Made by a program: the position numbers and the translations under genes
Shown: positions 10,556 to 19,740 of the stretch, one piece after another
Layout: each line of letters begins with the position of its first letter
How positions within the stretch are numbered: the stretch's first letter is position 1
Notes under the pieces: generated by a model
Database searches by the model: none
What the model saw: the letters and a program-made list of their open reading frames with translations, nothing else
Told to the model about the DNA's origin: nothing
DNA from: Lachnospiraceae bacterium
Lineage (GTDB): Bacteria > Bacillota > Clostridia > Lachnospirales > Lachnospiraceae
Direction of reading: 5' to 3'
Assembly (NCBI GenBank): GCA_045546775.1
Contig: JAZQDM010000063.1
Coordinates: 25,864 to 89,863 of the forward strand
Length of the DNA: 64,000 nucleotides

Positions 10556-10585
10556 GATAGAAAAATAGTCTAAAACATTAAAAAA

Positions 10586-10615
10586 CCGTCTTGGGAAAGC
10601 CCCAAGGCGGTTTTT
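10586..10615. terminator. Bidirectional intrinsic terminator between convergent ileS and the amidase gene
   Basis: CCGTCTTGGG-aaagc-CCCAAGGCGG flanked by A5 and T5. Confidence 0.8.
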
Positions 10616-10638
10616 GCTTTATAGGAAACGCTTGCATC

Positions 10639-11727
10639 TTATTTTGTTTCAAAATAGGCGTCGACCCCATTGGCGATTCCCTCCGCAATGAGAGCCTGAT
10701 AGTTTTCATCAGCCATCTTTAAATCTTCATCCGGGTTTGTCATATAACCCATTTCCACGATAGTAACCGGAATCATACTCCAGTTGATACCGCTCATCGA
10801 GTCGGTTTCCCAGACACGCTCTTTTTTGCATCCTGTGCTTAAAACCATCTCGTCCAAAATGCAGTCCGAAAGGTTTCGGCTATCCGTGTACAAATGCGCT
10901 ACATACGGGTTGTTCGGTGTCGGACAGATTGTCATGGCACCGTTTACGGATGGATTTTCAGAGCCGTTTGCGTGAATGCGGATAAAAATATCAGCACCGG
11001 AATCGTAAGCCATTTGCGCGCGTTCTGCGTTGCTTATGTTGACATCGTTTGTTTCCCGGACCATATACACTTCATAGCCGCGCGCTTCTAATGTATCGCG
11101 CAACTTTAAGCTTACCTGCAAATTCAGTTCGTACTCGGCAAGTCCGCTCGTTGTACCGCGCGTGCCACCGGTTACTTTTGCCTTTGTTTCCGATGCACCG
11201 GGGCCTACCGGTTCGGGCTCGGAGTTTCCTCTTGCCTGATGCCCTGCATCAATAGCAACGACATAGCCGGTTCCGTCGCCGGGTGCTTTTTTCTCGCGCA
11301 AGTAATCGGAATGGACAAAATAAGTGTTGCCCTCGTATTGAATGGCGCTCCACTCTTCGCAGTCCCCAATCTTTTCAAAAACGGTTCCGCGTGCGGCTTG
11401 CATAAAAGCTTCACCGTCCGTGGATGGAGCAAAGCGGACATTTACTTTGTCAGTAGCATAAACAGAAAGCGGTTCCGGTAAAGGGACAATATTATATTGC
11501 TCGGTAACTTCCTGCGTTTCAGGCACGGTTTCTGTTGCCGGAGCAGTTTCCGTTTCCGGGACGTCAGCATCCGGACTTTCTGTGGATTCTACTATCGTTT
11601 CTGCAAAGGCGATAGCTGTTTCGTTTTCCTTTTCAGAAGTATTGCCCTGACAACCAGTCAGGGCAATGAGAATGAAAAGGTTTAAAATCATTAATTTTAA
11701 TATTTTCATTTTATTCATAGTGTACAA
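10639..11727 (-). CDS. N-acetylmuramoyl-L-alanine amidase lipoprotein with SH3b-like domain
   Basis: Lipobox LIALTG-C. SH3b-like segment [12 protein letters not shown]...YFVHSDYL. Amidase_3 motifs [28 protein letters not shown]. Confidence 0.85.
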   Translation of the reverse strand: MYTMNKMKILKLMILNLFILIALTGCQGNTSEKENETAIAFAETIVESTESPDADVPETETAPATETVPETQEVTEQYNIVPLPEPLSVYATDKVNVRFAPSTDGEAFMQAARGTVFEKIGDCEEWSAIQYEGNTYFVHSDYLREKKAPGDGTGYVVAIDAGHQARGNSEPEPVGPGASETKAKVTGGTRGTTSGLAEYELNLQVSLKLRDTLEARGYEVYMVRETNDVNISNAERAQMAYDSGADIFIRIHANGSENPSVNGAMTICPTPNNPYVAHLYTDSRNLSDCILDEMVLSTGCKKERVWETDSMSGINWSMIPVTIVEMGYMTNPDEDLKMADENYQALIAEGIANGVDAYFETK

Positions 11728-11749
11728 AGTTCTCCATGCTTTGAGAAAA

Positions 11750-12544
11750 TTACCACATACTGTACATAAAAGAAGTAAGAATACTTTCTAACATTGCTTT
11801 GCCGATAAAATAAATAATAAAGATTCCAACAGCAGATGCAATTAAGTTAGCCCAAAGTGCCATAGGACTATTTTTTGTTACTACATTTGTAACCTGCTGG
11901 CTGAAGATAAGCCATGCAACAATACAAAGAGCAAGGAACCACAATGCAAAAGTACCGTTGATAAAGGCTGTAATAAAGTAGATAAGGAATAACATTGTTC
12001 CCGGAATTGTTGCTACGCAATAATCTGCTAAAACATCAAGGAATGCAAGGTTCGGTGTGTTTTTCTTGCCGAAAATAAGACCGAAGATAGAAGCACTTAC
12101 AATGCCGATGAGTGCAGCCAAAGCAAATAATAAACCTAATTTTGCAGTAGTTTCTGCTGATTTTACATCACTAAGTAATGTGAGTAAGAACAAAAGTACA
12201 ACATGCACGCCGCCAAGAATGAGAGCAGCCATTTTGTTCTGGTTTGCGTTTGCGTTCTGGATTGCTGTGCCGGGTGCTTTTAAAATACCAACAACCAAAT
12301 CTGCACATGCAGAGAAAATCTGTTTTGATTTTTCAGCAGTAGCACTCGGAACATATCCGCCCTGAGGAGCCTGTTGCTGATACTGAGGAGCCTGCTGATA
12401 TTGAGGAGCTGCCTGCTGAGGAGCTGCCTGATTGAAGTTCATAGCGCCCTGAGCGTTCGGATCCTGATGGATGCCCTGAGATGCAGCGCAAGTACATGCG
12501 CCATTTGTTAATGGTTGTCCGCAAAATTTACAAAAGTTTGCCAT
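11750..12544 (-). CDS. Zinc-ribbon / Q,P-rich linker / polytopic membrane protein
   Basis: N-terminus [19 protein letters not shown], low-complexity [17 protein letters not shown], then about 5 hydrophobic helices. GGGAGG RBS. Confidence 0.65.
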   Translation of the reverse strand: MANFCKFCGQPLTNGACTCAASQGIHQDPNAQGAMNFNQAAPQQAAPQYQQAPQYQQQAPQGGYVPSATAEKSKQIFSACADLVVGILKAPGTAIQNANANQNKMAALILGGVHVVLLFLLTLLSDVKSAETTAKLGLLFALAALIGIVSASIFGLIFGKKNTPNLAFLDVLADYCVATIPGTMLFLIYFITAFINGTFALWFLALCIVAWLIFSQQVTNVVTKNSPMALWANLIASAVGIFIIYFIGKAMLESILTSFMYSMW

Positions 12545-12592
12545 ATTTAATTTTCCTCCCTTAAGATAAGAATTTAAAATTTATAAATTAAT

Positions 12593-13813
12593 TTAATAAA
12601 AATTAATTTCGGTCACAACCCAGTCTTCGCCGATCAATACATAAGTAAAAGATGCATAGAATCTGTCGGTGAAAGCACAGGGAATATATTCGGTGGTATT
12701 GTTCCACCAGTCATGATACGTTTCGTATCCGGAAAGTTCGATGGAGCTTTCCAAATTGAGTTTCAAAAACGGTGCACCTTTGGCGGAATCAAATCCGTAA
12801 TTAGACAAGGTACACTCGATATCATCAATCATAATATCGTCGTATATGTAATATCCTTCGCCATTAAAATAGTTAAGCCAATTGTCATAGCTGTACGAAA
12901 AATTATTTGTATTTTGGAATATAGCATTGTTTTCCGTTATAAAATTTTCGTAAGATTTCTCGGCCATAAGTCCTGTGAAAATGGTTTCGATATTGTCGCG
13001 GGACTTTGTTGCTACAGTGTCAATGGCCTCCGAAGAAGGTGTCATGTCTGTAAAGTTATAATATGCATAGTTTGCAACAACAATTTCTTCACACCGTGTT
13101 TCTCGTCCCGGAGCAGAAACTTCCAACAAGTAGGTACCGCGGAATACGTCCGGAAGCAAATATACATTTGTTGTATCATGTTCTTCAATTTTTATCTTTT
13201 TCACAGCAGACAAATCAATTCCGTTTAACGTGATGGTTGCATCTGCCGGAACACTGATTTGGACTTCGGATGCAATCAAATGGTCTGTGTTGATTTTCCA
13301 GTCATCAAAAAAGAGCCATTTCTTGCCGGATTGTTTTCTGACCTCGATTACTTCGTTCATATCGTTGTAATCTGTTTCAAACGTGCATGAAAACTGGGAT
13401 TTGTTTTCGGTGGAACCGAAGGACATTTCCTCAATTTCGTAATCGTCAATTTCGTCGTAGTCAGCACTTAATTGCACGCTGACAAACAAGTCTTCGGAGA
13501 GCAGTTCGGAAGAAGATACATCCAATAAAGAATATACCGTTTCCCAGTCACCGGCAGCTTTTGCTTTTGCGTAAGTACGCGCCGTTGCGTTTGCACTGAA
13601 TTTGGAATTTGCAACAGCAAAAAATGCAAAAATCAAAGCAGCGAAAAGCAACAATTCAAAAAGAAATATTTTTGTAGACTTTGCGATTGGCGGACGGCGT
13701 AAAGCAGGTATCTGTTGTTGAACCGGAGGTGCTGCTGTTATAACTTTTGCCCCGCAATTATCACAGAACAAAGAGCCGTCATCAAGCTTTGTGCCACATT
13801 TTTCACAAAACAT
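12593..13813 (-). CDS. Zinc-ribbon single-pass membrane protein with large extracytoplasmic domain (paralog 1)
   Basis: MFCEKCGTKLDDGSLFCDNCGAKV, one TM (IFLFELLLFAALIFAFFAV), about 330-aa outer part. Clear paralog of 14422..15549. Confidence 0.7.
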   Translation of the reverse strand: MFCEKCGTKLDDGSLFCDNCGAKVITAAPPVQQQIPALRRPPIAKSTKIFLFELLLFAALIFAFFAVANSKFSANATARTYAKAKAAGDWETVYSLLDVSSSELLSEDLFVSVQLSADYDEIDDYEIEEMSFGSTENKSQFSCTFETDYNDMNEVIEVRKQSGKKWLFFDDWKINTDHLIASEVQISVPADATITLNGIDLSAVKKIKIEEHDTTNVYLLPDVFRGTYLLEVSAPGRETRCEEIVVANYAYYNFTDMTPSSEAIDTVATKSRDNIETIFTGLMAEKSYENFITENNAIFQNTNNFSYSYDNWLNYFNGEGYYIYDDIMIDDIECTLSNYGFDSAKGAPFLKLNLESSIELSGYETYHDWWNNTTEYIPCAFTDRFYASFTYVLIGEDWVVTEINFY

Positions 13814-13825
13814 AAGTATCCCTCC

Positions 13826-14386
13826 TTACCTGTAACCTAACGCAGTCTCAACTTGCGTAATCAAATCTAAGTTGTAAATTTCATAATCATTAAAAATGCT
13901 TTGCCCAAAAGCATCCATTTCGTCCGCTGTATAAATCGGCTCATACCAGGTTTGCGCTTCAAAATGCTCACGCAAAGCTTCATCCTCGAACATTCTTCCG
14001 TGTCTTGCATAAATTTCGTTACGCGCTACACGCAAATCCCAAGCGGACATATCATACAATTCGTATTCGGCCAGATAACGGGAGTCGCTGTCCTCGAAGA
14101 GATAACCGGAAGAATTGTCAACTGAAGAGTCTTCTGCCGAAACGCCTATGTTATCGATTGTTCTGGATAGGGAAATTTCTGCATCGATTGGCCGCGTGTT
14201 CCAAGGCGATGTTGTTTCCGTTACTGCAGCAGAAAAATCCGGAGTCAAATCGTTTGGTTTTGAAGCTTTATAGGACGGGGTTGTTTTTGCGAACAACAGC
14301 ACCAGCAAAGCAATCAAAGCGACAATGAACAAACCGAATATAAGATTCAACCATATCGGTACGCCTTTCTTTTTAGTAGATGACAT
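13826..14386 (-). CDS. Membrane-anchored YARHG-domain protein
   Basis: N-terminal TM (IWLNLIFGLFIVALIALLVLL). C-terminal ARNEIYARHGRMFEDEALREHF carries the literal YARHG motif. Confidence 0.75.
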   Translation of the reverse strand: MSSTKKKGVPIWLNLIFGLFIVALIALLVLLFAKTTPSYKASKPNDLTPDFSAAVTETTSPWNTRPIDAEISLSRTIDNIGVSAEDSSVDNSSGYLFEDSDSRYLAEYELYDMSAWDLRVARNEIYARHGRMFEDEALREHFEAQTWYEPIYTADEMDAFGQSIFNDYEIYNLDLITQVETALGYR

Positions 14387-14421
14387 GTTATCCCTCCTTT
14401 GTATGTAAATCAGTGTATGTA

Positions 14422-15549
14422 TTAACGAAAGCTAATGTTTGTCAAAGTCCAGATATCCTCAATACAGTGAAAGATAAGTGTTCCATTGATGGAAGAAGCT
14501 TCACCGCCCAAAGTAAGTGTCCCTTCAAAATTCATCTCAATGTAAGGCGCGTATAGAGTGTCGTCCTCATCCGAACCGAAAGAAGCCATGTTGCAGCGGA
14601 TATCGGAAATGGTCGCGTTTTGATACGCAGCTTGTGAGCTGCCTGCAAGCGAGGGAAGCCATTCGTTATACAGGGAACGGAAGTTTTCGGTGTTTTGAAA
14701 AAGTTCTTCGTTCCGTATTACAAGCACTTCGTAGGATTCGTCGTCTGCAAGACCGGTAAAAATAATTTCCATAATATCCCGGGACTGCTCTGCCAATGTA
14801 TCAATGGTAGCATTGGCAGGCTCAAGCTTTTTGTATTCCACAACGGTATCTTCTGTTATGAAAACCTGTTCTGTGTGAGTGCCGACACCGGGAGCTGCAA
14901 CTTCCACGGTATAGTTGCCGGTAAACATAGTAGGTAATATAAATATTTCGGTATCCGCAAATGGTGTAATTTCCACATCGGAAATGGTGGATAAATCTAT
15001 GCCGTTTAATTTTACAGTAGAACCGGTAGGAACAACAATTAGTGCATCATCTGCCAGTGCAATAAAATTGGGCGCAAGTCCCCAATTGCCATCGGAATGT
15101 TTGCATAACAGTAACGTTGCATAGGATGGCTGAGAGCCGTCCAAGGAGTAAAAGGTACATGTAGCCTCTATTTCGGTTGAATCGTATGAAACATGGGTAA
15201 GCTCATAACTGCCGTATTGTTTCCGGTAACTTTCCGGCAAGATTGCGAAAAAGAACTCTTTTGTCAGCAATCCGGAATCTGAAAGCTCCAGCAAATCATA
15301 AATATAATCCCAATCTTGATGAATTCTTGCTTCCGCATAATTGTGTAGCGCGGTCTCTTTGCGCAACTTTGTGCCAACTGTGAAAAAGGCAATGATAACA
15401 GCTGCAAAAATGATACATTCCAAAATAAAAAATAGAGTGGATTTTGGCATGCGCTCTTTGGAGTTACGCTCGCCGGGAAAAAAACTGTTACATTGCGGAC
15501 AACGAAATGCCGAATCTTTCAATTGTGCACCGCATACTTTACAAATCAT
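14422..15549 (-). CDS. Zinc-ribbon single-pass membrane protein (paralog 2)
   Basis: MICKVCGAQLKDSAFRCPQCNSFF plus a TM. Shares blocks with paralog 1 (LNGIDLS, PxxFxGxYxxEVxAPG, IFTGL, LFQNTxNF). Confidence 0.7.
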   Translation of the reverse strand: MICKVCGAQLKDSAFRCPQCNSFFPGERNSKERMPKSTLFFILECIIFAAVIIAFFTVGTKLRKETALHNYAEARIHQDWDYIYDLLELSDSGLLTKEFFFAILPESYRKQYGSYELTHVSYDSTEIEATCTFYSLDGSQPSYATLLLCKHSDGNWGLAPNFIALADDALIVVPTGSTVKLNGIDLSTISDVEITPFADTEIFILPTMFTGNYTVEVAAPGVGTHTEQVFITEDTVVEYKKLEPANATIDTLAEQSRDIMEIIFTGLADDESYEVLVIRNEELFQNTENFRSLYNEWLPSLAGSSQAAYQNATISDIRCNMASFGSDEDDTLYAPYIEMNFEGTLTLGGEASSINGTLIFHCIEDIWTLTNISFR

Positions 15550-15587
15550 AAAATGTGTCCCCCCTCAAATGGATTGAGAATGCATCG

Positions 15588-15821
15588 TTATTCTGCAGAC
15601 TCTGATAAAGAAATATCCTCACTTATCACGCGTGTATCCCACGGCGAAGTATAGGCGGATTCCTGCGGTTCCACGTAGGACGGGACAGAAGAAAAGTCTG
15701 TTGGATGAAACGTTGTTTCTTCCGGGACCACATAAAGTGCCAGTACAACTGCAACGACAACAATTACTATTCCAAACGCGATATCCAGCCAAATGGGTAT
15801 CGCTTTTTTCTTTGTATCCAT
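15588..15821 (-). CDS. Short membrane protein: N-terminal paralog of the YARHG protein, lacking the YARHG domain
   Basis: 77 aa. KKKxxPIWLxxxFG and TSPWxTRxIxxxISLS blocks match residues 1-75 of 13826..14386. Confidence 0.5.
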   Translation of the reverse strand: MDTKKKAIPIWLDIAFGIVIVVVAVVLALYVVPEETTFHPTDFSSVPSYVEPQESAYTSPWDTRVISEDISLSESAE

Positions 15822-15861
15822 ATCTATCTCCCCAAATATCGAAATCTCAAAATATAATCCA

Positions 15862-15890
15862 ATTATACGTCAAATAGTGACAAAAGTAAA
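15862..15890 (-). promoter_or_regulatory. Candidate promoter of the minus-strand zinc-ribbon/YARHG/amidase operon
   Basis: Minus strand reads TTTACT, 17 nt, TATAAT, about 40 nt upstream of the 15821 start. Confidence 0.4.
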
Positions 15891-15929
15891 CAATTCGAAG
15901 AAAAAGTCTAAATATTTGTCGTAAAATGT

Positions 15930-15958
15930 TTGACGTGCGTGTTTTAAGTATATATAAT
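15930..15958 (+). promoter_or_regulatory. Sigma-A promoter of the divergent zinc-ribbon gene
   Basis: TTGACG (15930-15935), 17 nt, TATAAT (15953-15958). Confidence 0.5.
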
Positions 15959-16009
15959 ATTTATTAAGTAGTTTTTACATAACAGAAAGACATGAGGAGG
16001 AATTTCAAG

Positions 16010-16993
16010 ATGAAGTTTTGTACAAATTGTGGTTCACAATTATCAGATGATGCATTGTTTTGCTCCGGATGCGGACAAAAACAAGAAGTTGTAGCACCTA
16101 CAGTAGAAACACCGGTAGCAACTCCGGTAGTAGAGACTCCTGTAGTGGAGACTCCTGTAGTAGAGACTCCGGTAGTGGAAACACCGGTAGCAACTCCGGT
16201 TGTAGAGACACCGGTAGCAGAGACAGCACCGTTCCAGCCGACACAGGATACACAGTTCCAGCCGTTCCAGCAGCAGGCACCGGTACAGGATGCACCGTTC
16301 CAGCCGTTCCATCCACAGGCACCGGCACAGGATGCACCGTTCCAGCCACAGGCACCGGCACAGGATACACAGTTCCAGCCGTTCCAGCAGCAAGCAACAC
16401 CGTTCCAGCAGCAGGCAGCACCGCAGTTTAACCAGAATGCATTCCAGCAGCAGGCACCGGTTTACAACAATGCGTATGACCCGCAGCCGAAGAAAAAATC
16501 CAAAGCACCGTTAATCATTGGATTATTGGTTGCAATTGTTGCAGCAGTAGCAGTTCTTTTCTTTGTATTTAAGAGCATCGGTATCGGCGGCAAACCTTAC
16601 GAATCCGCATTCAAAAACTTGTGTGGCGCTATCAACAATCAGGATGTAGACAAACTTTTCAAATTGTTCCCGCCTGAAATGGAAGAGTTGATGGAAACGT
16701 ACATGAAGATGGGCGACATGGATGAAGATGAAATCATGGATGAGATTTTCGGTTCCATGGGTGCAGAAGACATCAAAGTGTCTTACAAGATTGAAGGCGA
16801 CAAACGTCTTGATAAAGAAGACTTAGAAGAATACATCGATTACTATGGTGATGAAGTTACAGACGGCTATGAAGTAGAAGTTACGTTGATCGCAGAGATG
16901 GACGGCGAGAAAGAAGAAACAGAAGAAGAAATGGTTCTCATCAAAATTGATGGTCGTTGGTGCTTTGAAGAGTTACTTTGGAGCTTATACTAA
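16010..16993 (+). CDS. Zinc-ribbon, repeat-rich, single-pass membrane protein
   Basis: MKFCTNCGSQLSDDALFCSGCGQK, (PVVET)n and QFQPFQQQAP repeats, TM LIIGLLVAIVAAVAVLFFVF, acidic C-terminal domain. AGGAGG RBS favours ATG 16010. Confidence 0.7.
   Translation: MKFCTNCGSQLSDDALFCSGCGQKQEVVAPTVETPVATPVVETPVVETPVVETPVVETPVATPVVETPVAETAPFQPTQDTQFQPFQQQAPVQDAPFQPFHPQAPAQDAPFQPQAPAQDTQFQPFQQQATPFQQQAAPQFNQNAFQQQAPVYNNAYDPQPKKKSKAPLIIGLLVAIVAAVAVLFFVFKSIGIGGKPYESAFKNLCGAINNQDVDKLFKLFPPEMEELMETYMKMGDMDEDEIMDEIFGSMGAEDIKVSYKIEGDKRLDKEDLEEYIDYYGDEVTDGYEVEVTLIAEMDGEKEETEEEMVLIKIDGRWCFEELLWSLY
16103..16224 (+). repeat. In-frame tandem repeat, basic period 15 nt (V-E-T-P-V)
   Basis: gtagtagagactcct / gtagtggagactcct / gtagtagagactccg / gtagtggaaacaccg units read directly. 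Confidence 0.8.
16225..16425 (+). repeat. Imperfect in-frame repeats encoding a Q/P/F-rich tract
   Basis: Recurring caggatgcaccgttccagcc and cagttccagccgttccagcagca units. Confidence 0.7.
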
Positions 16994-17002
16994 AACACAA
17001 TG

Positions 17003-17037
17003 GAACCCGGAAGATTTTTCCGGGTTCTTTCTTTTTT
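17003..17037 (+). terminator. Intrinsic terminator
   Basis: GAACCCGG-loop-CCGGGTTC followed by a T-rich run. Confidence 0.8.
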
Positions 17038-17146
17038 CGATAATTGTCTGAAAAATGTAATATGATTCACATATATGCAAATAAAACACTTGGAAAAAAG
17101 ACAAGAATCCGCTATACTATAGTGTAATGAACGAAGGAGGTATACT

Positions 17147-19627
17147 ATGGCTACAAAAAAGAAAAAATTATCGTTCGACAGAGAGCTTTTTAAGAGAAGC
17201 GTTTTATATAATGTGAAAACTCTTTACCGCAAAACTTTGGAAGAGGCTACAGACCAGCAGATTTTTCAAGCAGTGTCTTATGCAATTAAAGATGCCATTA
17301 TTGATCACTGGTTAGCAAGCCAAAAAGCATACGAGGAAGAGGATCCGAAGACGGTTTATTACTTATCCATGGAATTTTTGATGGGACGTGCGCTTGGCAA
17401 TAACTTAATTAATTTGCAGGCATACGATGAAGTCAAAAAAGCGTTGAAAGAACTCGGATTAAATATCAATACAGTGGAAGACCAGGAGCCGGATGCAGCA
17501 CTTGGTAACGGCGGTCTTGGAAGACTTGCAGCATGTTTTCTTGATTCTTTGGCTACACTTGGTTATCCCGCATACGGATGCGGAATCCGTTACCGTTACG
17601 GTATGTTCAAACAGGAAATCCGTGACGGATATCAGGTAGAAGTACCGGATGTATGGCTTGCCGACGGCAACCCGTTCGAGCTTCGCAGACCGGAGTATGC
17701 AAAAGAAGTAAAATTTGGCGGCTATGTAAATGTTTACAAAGGCGAAGACGGCAGAGAAAATTTTGTACAGGAAGGATATCAGTCTGTTAGAGCTATCCCG
17801 TATGACATGCCAATCGTTGGTTATGGCAACGGTATTGTAAACACACTCCGTATTTGGGATGCACAGCCGGTAGAATGCTTCCAGCTATCTTCTTTTGACA
17901 AAGGCGATTACCAAAAAGCAGTTGAGCAGGAAAACCTTGCCAAAAATATTGTAGAAGTACTTTACCCCAATGACAACCATTACGCTGGTAAAGAATTGCG
18001 TTTGAAACAGCAGTATTTCTTTATTTCTGCATCTGTACAGGAAGCCGTTGAGAAATATATGCGTTCTCACGATGATATCCGCAAATTCCATGAAAAAGTG
18101 ACATTCCAGTTAAACGATACTCACCCCACTGTTGCAATTGCAGAATTGATGCGTATTTTAATGGACGAACATCACCTTACGTGGGATGAGGCGTGGGCAG
18201 TTACAACAAAAACTTGCGCTTATACAAACCATACCATCATGGCAGAAGCTTTGGAAAAATGGCCCATTGAACTTTTCTCCAGACTTCTTCCGCGTGTATA
18301 TCAGATTGTAGAAGAAATCAACCGTCGTTTTATTGCACAGATTCAGGAAAAATACGGACATGATCAGGGACTTTGCCAGGAAAAAATCCGCAAAATGGCA
18401 ATCGTGTATGATGGTCAGGTGAAAATGGCACATCTTGCCATTGTTGCAGGTTATTCCGTAAACGGCGTTGCAAGATTACATACCGAAATTTTGAAAAAGC
18501 AGGAACTTAGAGATTTCTATGAAATGATGCCGGATAAGTTTAACAACAAGACAAACGGTATTACACAGAGAAGATTCCTTCTTCACGGAAATCCGCTTCT
18601 TGCAAAATGGGTAACAGAGCATGTTGGCGATGATTGGATTACTGACTTGCCAAAAATTAATAAATTAAAAGTATATGCAGATGATGAAAAAGCACAGCAG
18701 GAATTCATGAACATCAAATACCGCAACAAAGTAAGACTTGCAGAGTACATTTTTGAGCACAACGGCATTGAAGTAGATCCTCGTTCTATTTTTGACGTGC
18801 AGGTAAAACGTTTGCATGAGTACAAACGTCAGTTGCTTAACATCCTTCATGTAATGTACTTATACAATGAGTTAAAAGAACATCCGGATATGGAATTCTA
18901 TCCGAGAACGTTCATCTTTGGTGCGAAAGCGGCAGCAGGTTATATGAATGCGAAGCTTACAATCAAATTGATTAACTCTGTGGCAGATGTAATCAACAAT
19001 GACGCTTCCATCAACGGAAAAATTAAAGTGGTATTTATTGAAAACTACCGTGTTTCCAATGCAGAGATGATTTTTGCGGCAGCAGACGTGTCAGAACAGA
19101 TTTCTACAGCAAGTAAAGAAGCTTCCGGTACAGGTAACATGAAGTTCATGTTAAACGGTGCTTTGACAATCGGTACGATGGATGGTGCAAACGTAGAAAT
19201 TGTGGAAGAAGTTGGAGAAGAAAATGCGTTCATTTTCGGTCTCAGTTCGGATGAAGTTATTCAGTTTGAAAACTATGGCGGATACAATCCGATGGATATT
19301 TTCAACAACGACCCGGACGTACGAAAAGTGTTGATGCAGCTTATCAACGGAACTTATGCGCCGGAAGATCCGGAACGTTTCCGTCCGCTTTACAACTCTT
19401 TGTTGAATACATTAAGTACTTCAAAAGCAGACACATACTTCATCTTAAAAGACTTTAAGTCCTATGCGGAAGCACAGAAAAAAGTGGAAGCAGCTTACCG
19501 GGATGAAGCAGGTTGGGCGAAGAGTGCAATTCTTAACGTGGCATGCTCAGGCAAGTTTACTTCCGACAGAACGATTCAGCAGTATGTAGATGAAATCTGG
19601 CATTTGGATAAAGTTGTATTGAAATAA
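17147..19627 (+). CDS. glgP: Glycogen/alpha-glucan phosphorylase
   Basis: 826 aa. PLP-lysine region EASGTGNMKFMLNGALTIGTMDGANVE. Confidence 0.95.
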   Translation: MATKKKKLSFDRELFKRSVLYNVKTLYRKTLEEATDQQIFQAVSYAIKDAIIDHWLASQKAYEEEDPKTVYYLSMEFLMGRALGNNLINLQAYDEVKKALKELGLNINTVEDQEPDAALGNGGLGRLAACFLDSLATLGYPAYGCGIRYRYGMFKQEIRDGYQVEVPDVWLADGNPFELRRPEYAKEVKFGGYVNVYKGEDGRENFVQEGYQSVRAIPYDMPIVGYGNGIVNTLRIWDAQPVECFQLSSFDKGDYQKAVEQENLAKNIVEVLYPNDNHYAGKELRLKQQYFFISASVQEAVEKYMRSHDDIRKFHEKVTFQLNDTHPTVAIAELMRILMDEHHLTWDEAWAVTTKTCAYTNHTIMAEALEKWPIELFSRLLPRVYQIVEEINRRFIAQIQEKYGHDQGLCQEKIRKMAIVYDGQVKMAHLAIVAGYSVNGVARLHTEILKKQELRDFYEMMPDKFNNKTNGITQRRFLLHGNPLLAKWVTEHVGDDWITDLPKINKLKVYADDEKAQQEFMNIKYRNKVRLAEYIFEHNGIEVDPRSIFDVQVKRLHEYKRQLLNILHVMYLYNELKEHPDMEFYPRTFIFGAKAAAGYMNAKLTIKLINSVADVINNDASINGKIKVVFIENYRVSNAEMIFAAADVSEQISTASKEASGTGNMKFMLNGALTIGTMDGANVEIVEEVGEENAFIFGLSSDEVIQFENYGGYNPMDIFNNDPDVRKVLMQLINGTYAPEDPERFRPLYNSLLNTLSTSKADTYFILKDFKSYAEAQKKVEAAYRDEAGWAKSAILNVACSGKFTSDRTIQQYVDEIWHLDKVVLK

Positions 19628-19740
19628 TTTTACAAAAGAGATACAAAGCAGGCAGCACGGTTTTATCGTGCTGTTTGCTTTCGTATGAGTTTAAGAAGCA
19701 CCGATACGGATGCGGTGTGAATATGCAGGAGAGACAGACC

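Noticed and set aside
16043-16431. Several ORFs in other frames and on the other strand across the repeat region of the zinc-ribbon gene
   Set aside because: These are artefacts of the tandem repeats. Their translations are themselves repeats (RCLW, GSRDSCSG, PVPV) without start signals.
17050-17075. cre-like (CcpA) site TGTAATATGATTCACA upstream of glgP
   Set aside because: The central CG of the cre consensus is missing, so the match is too weak to call.
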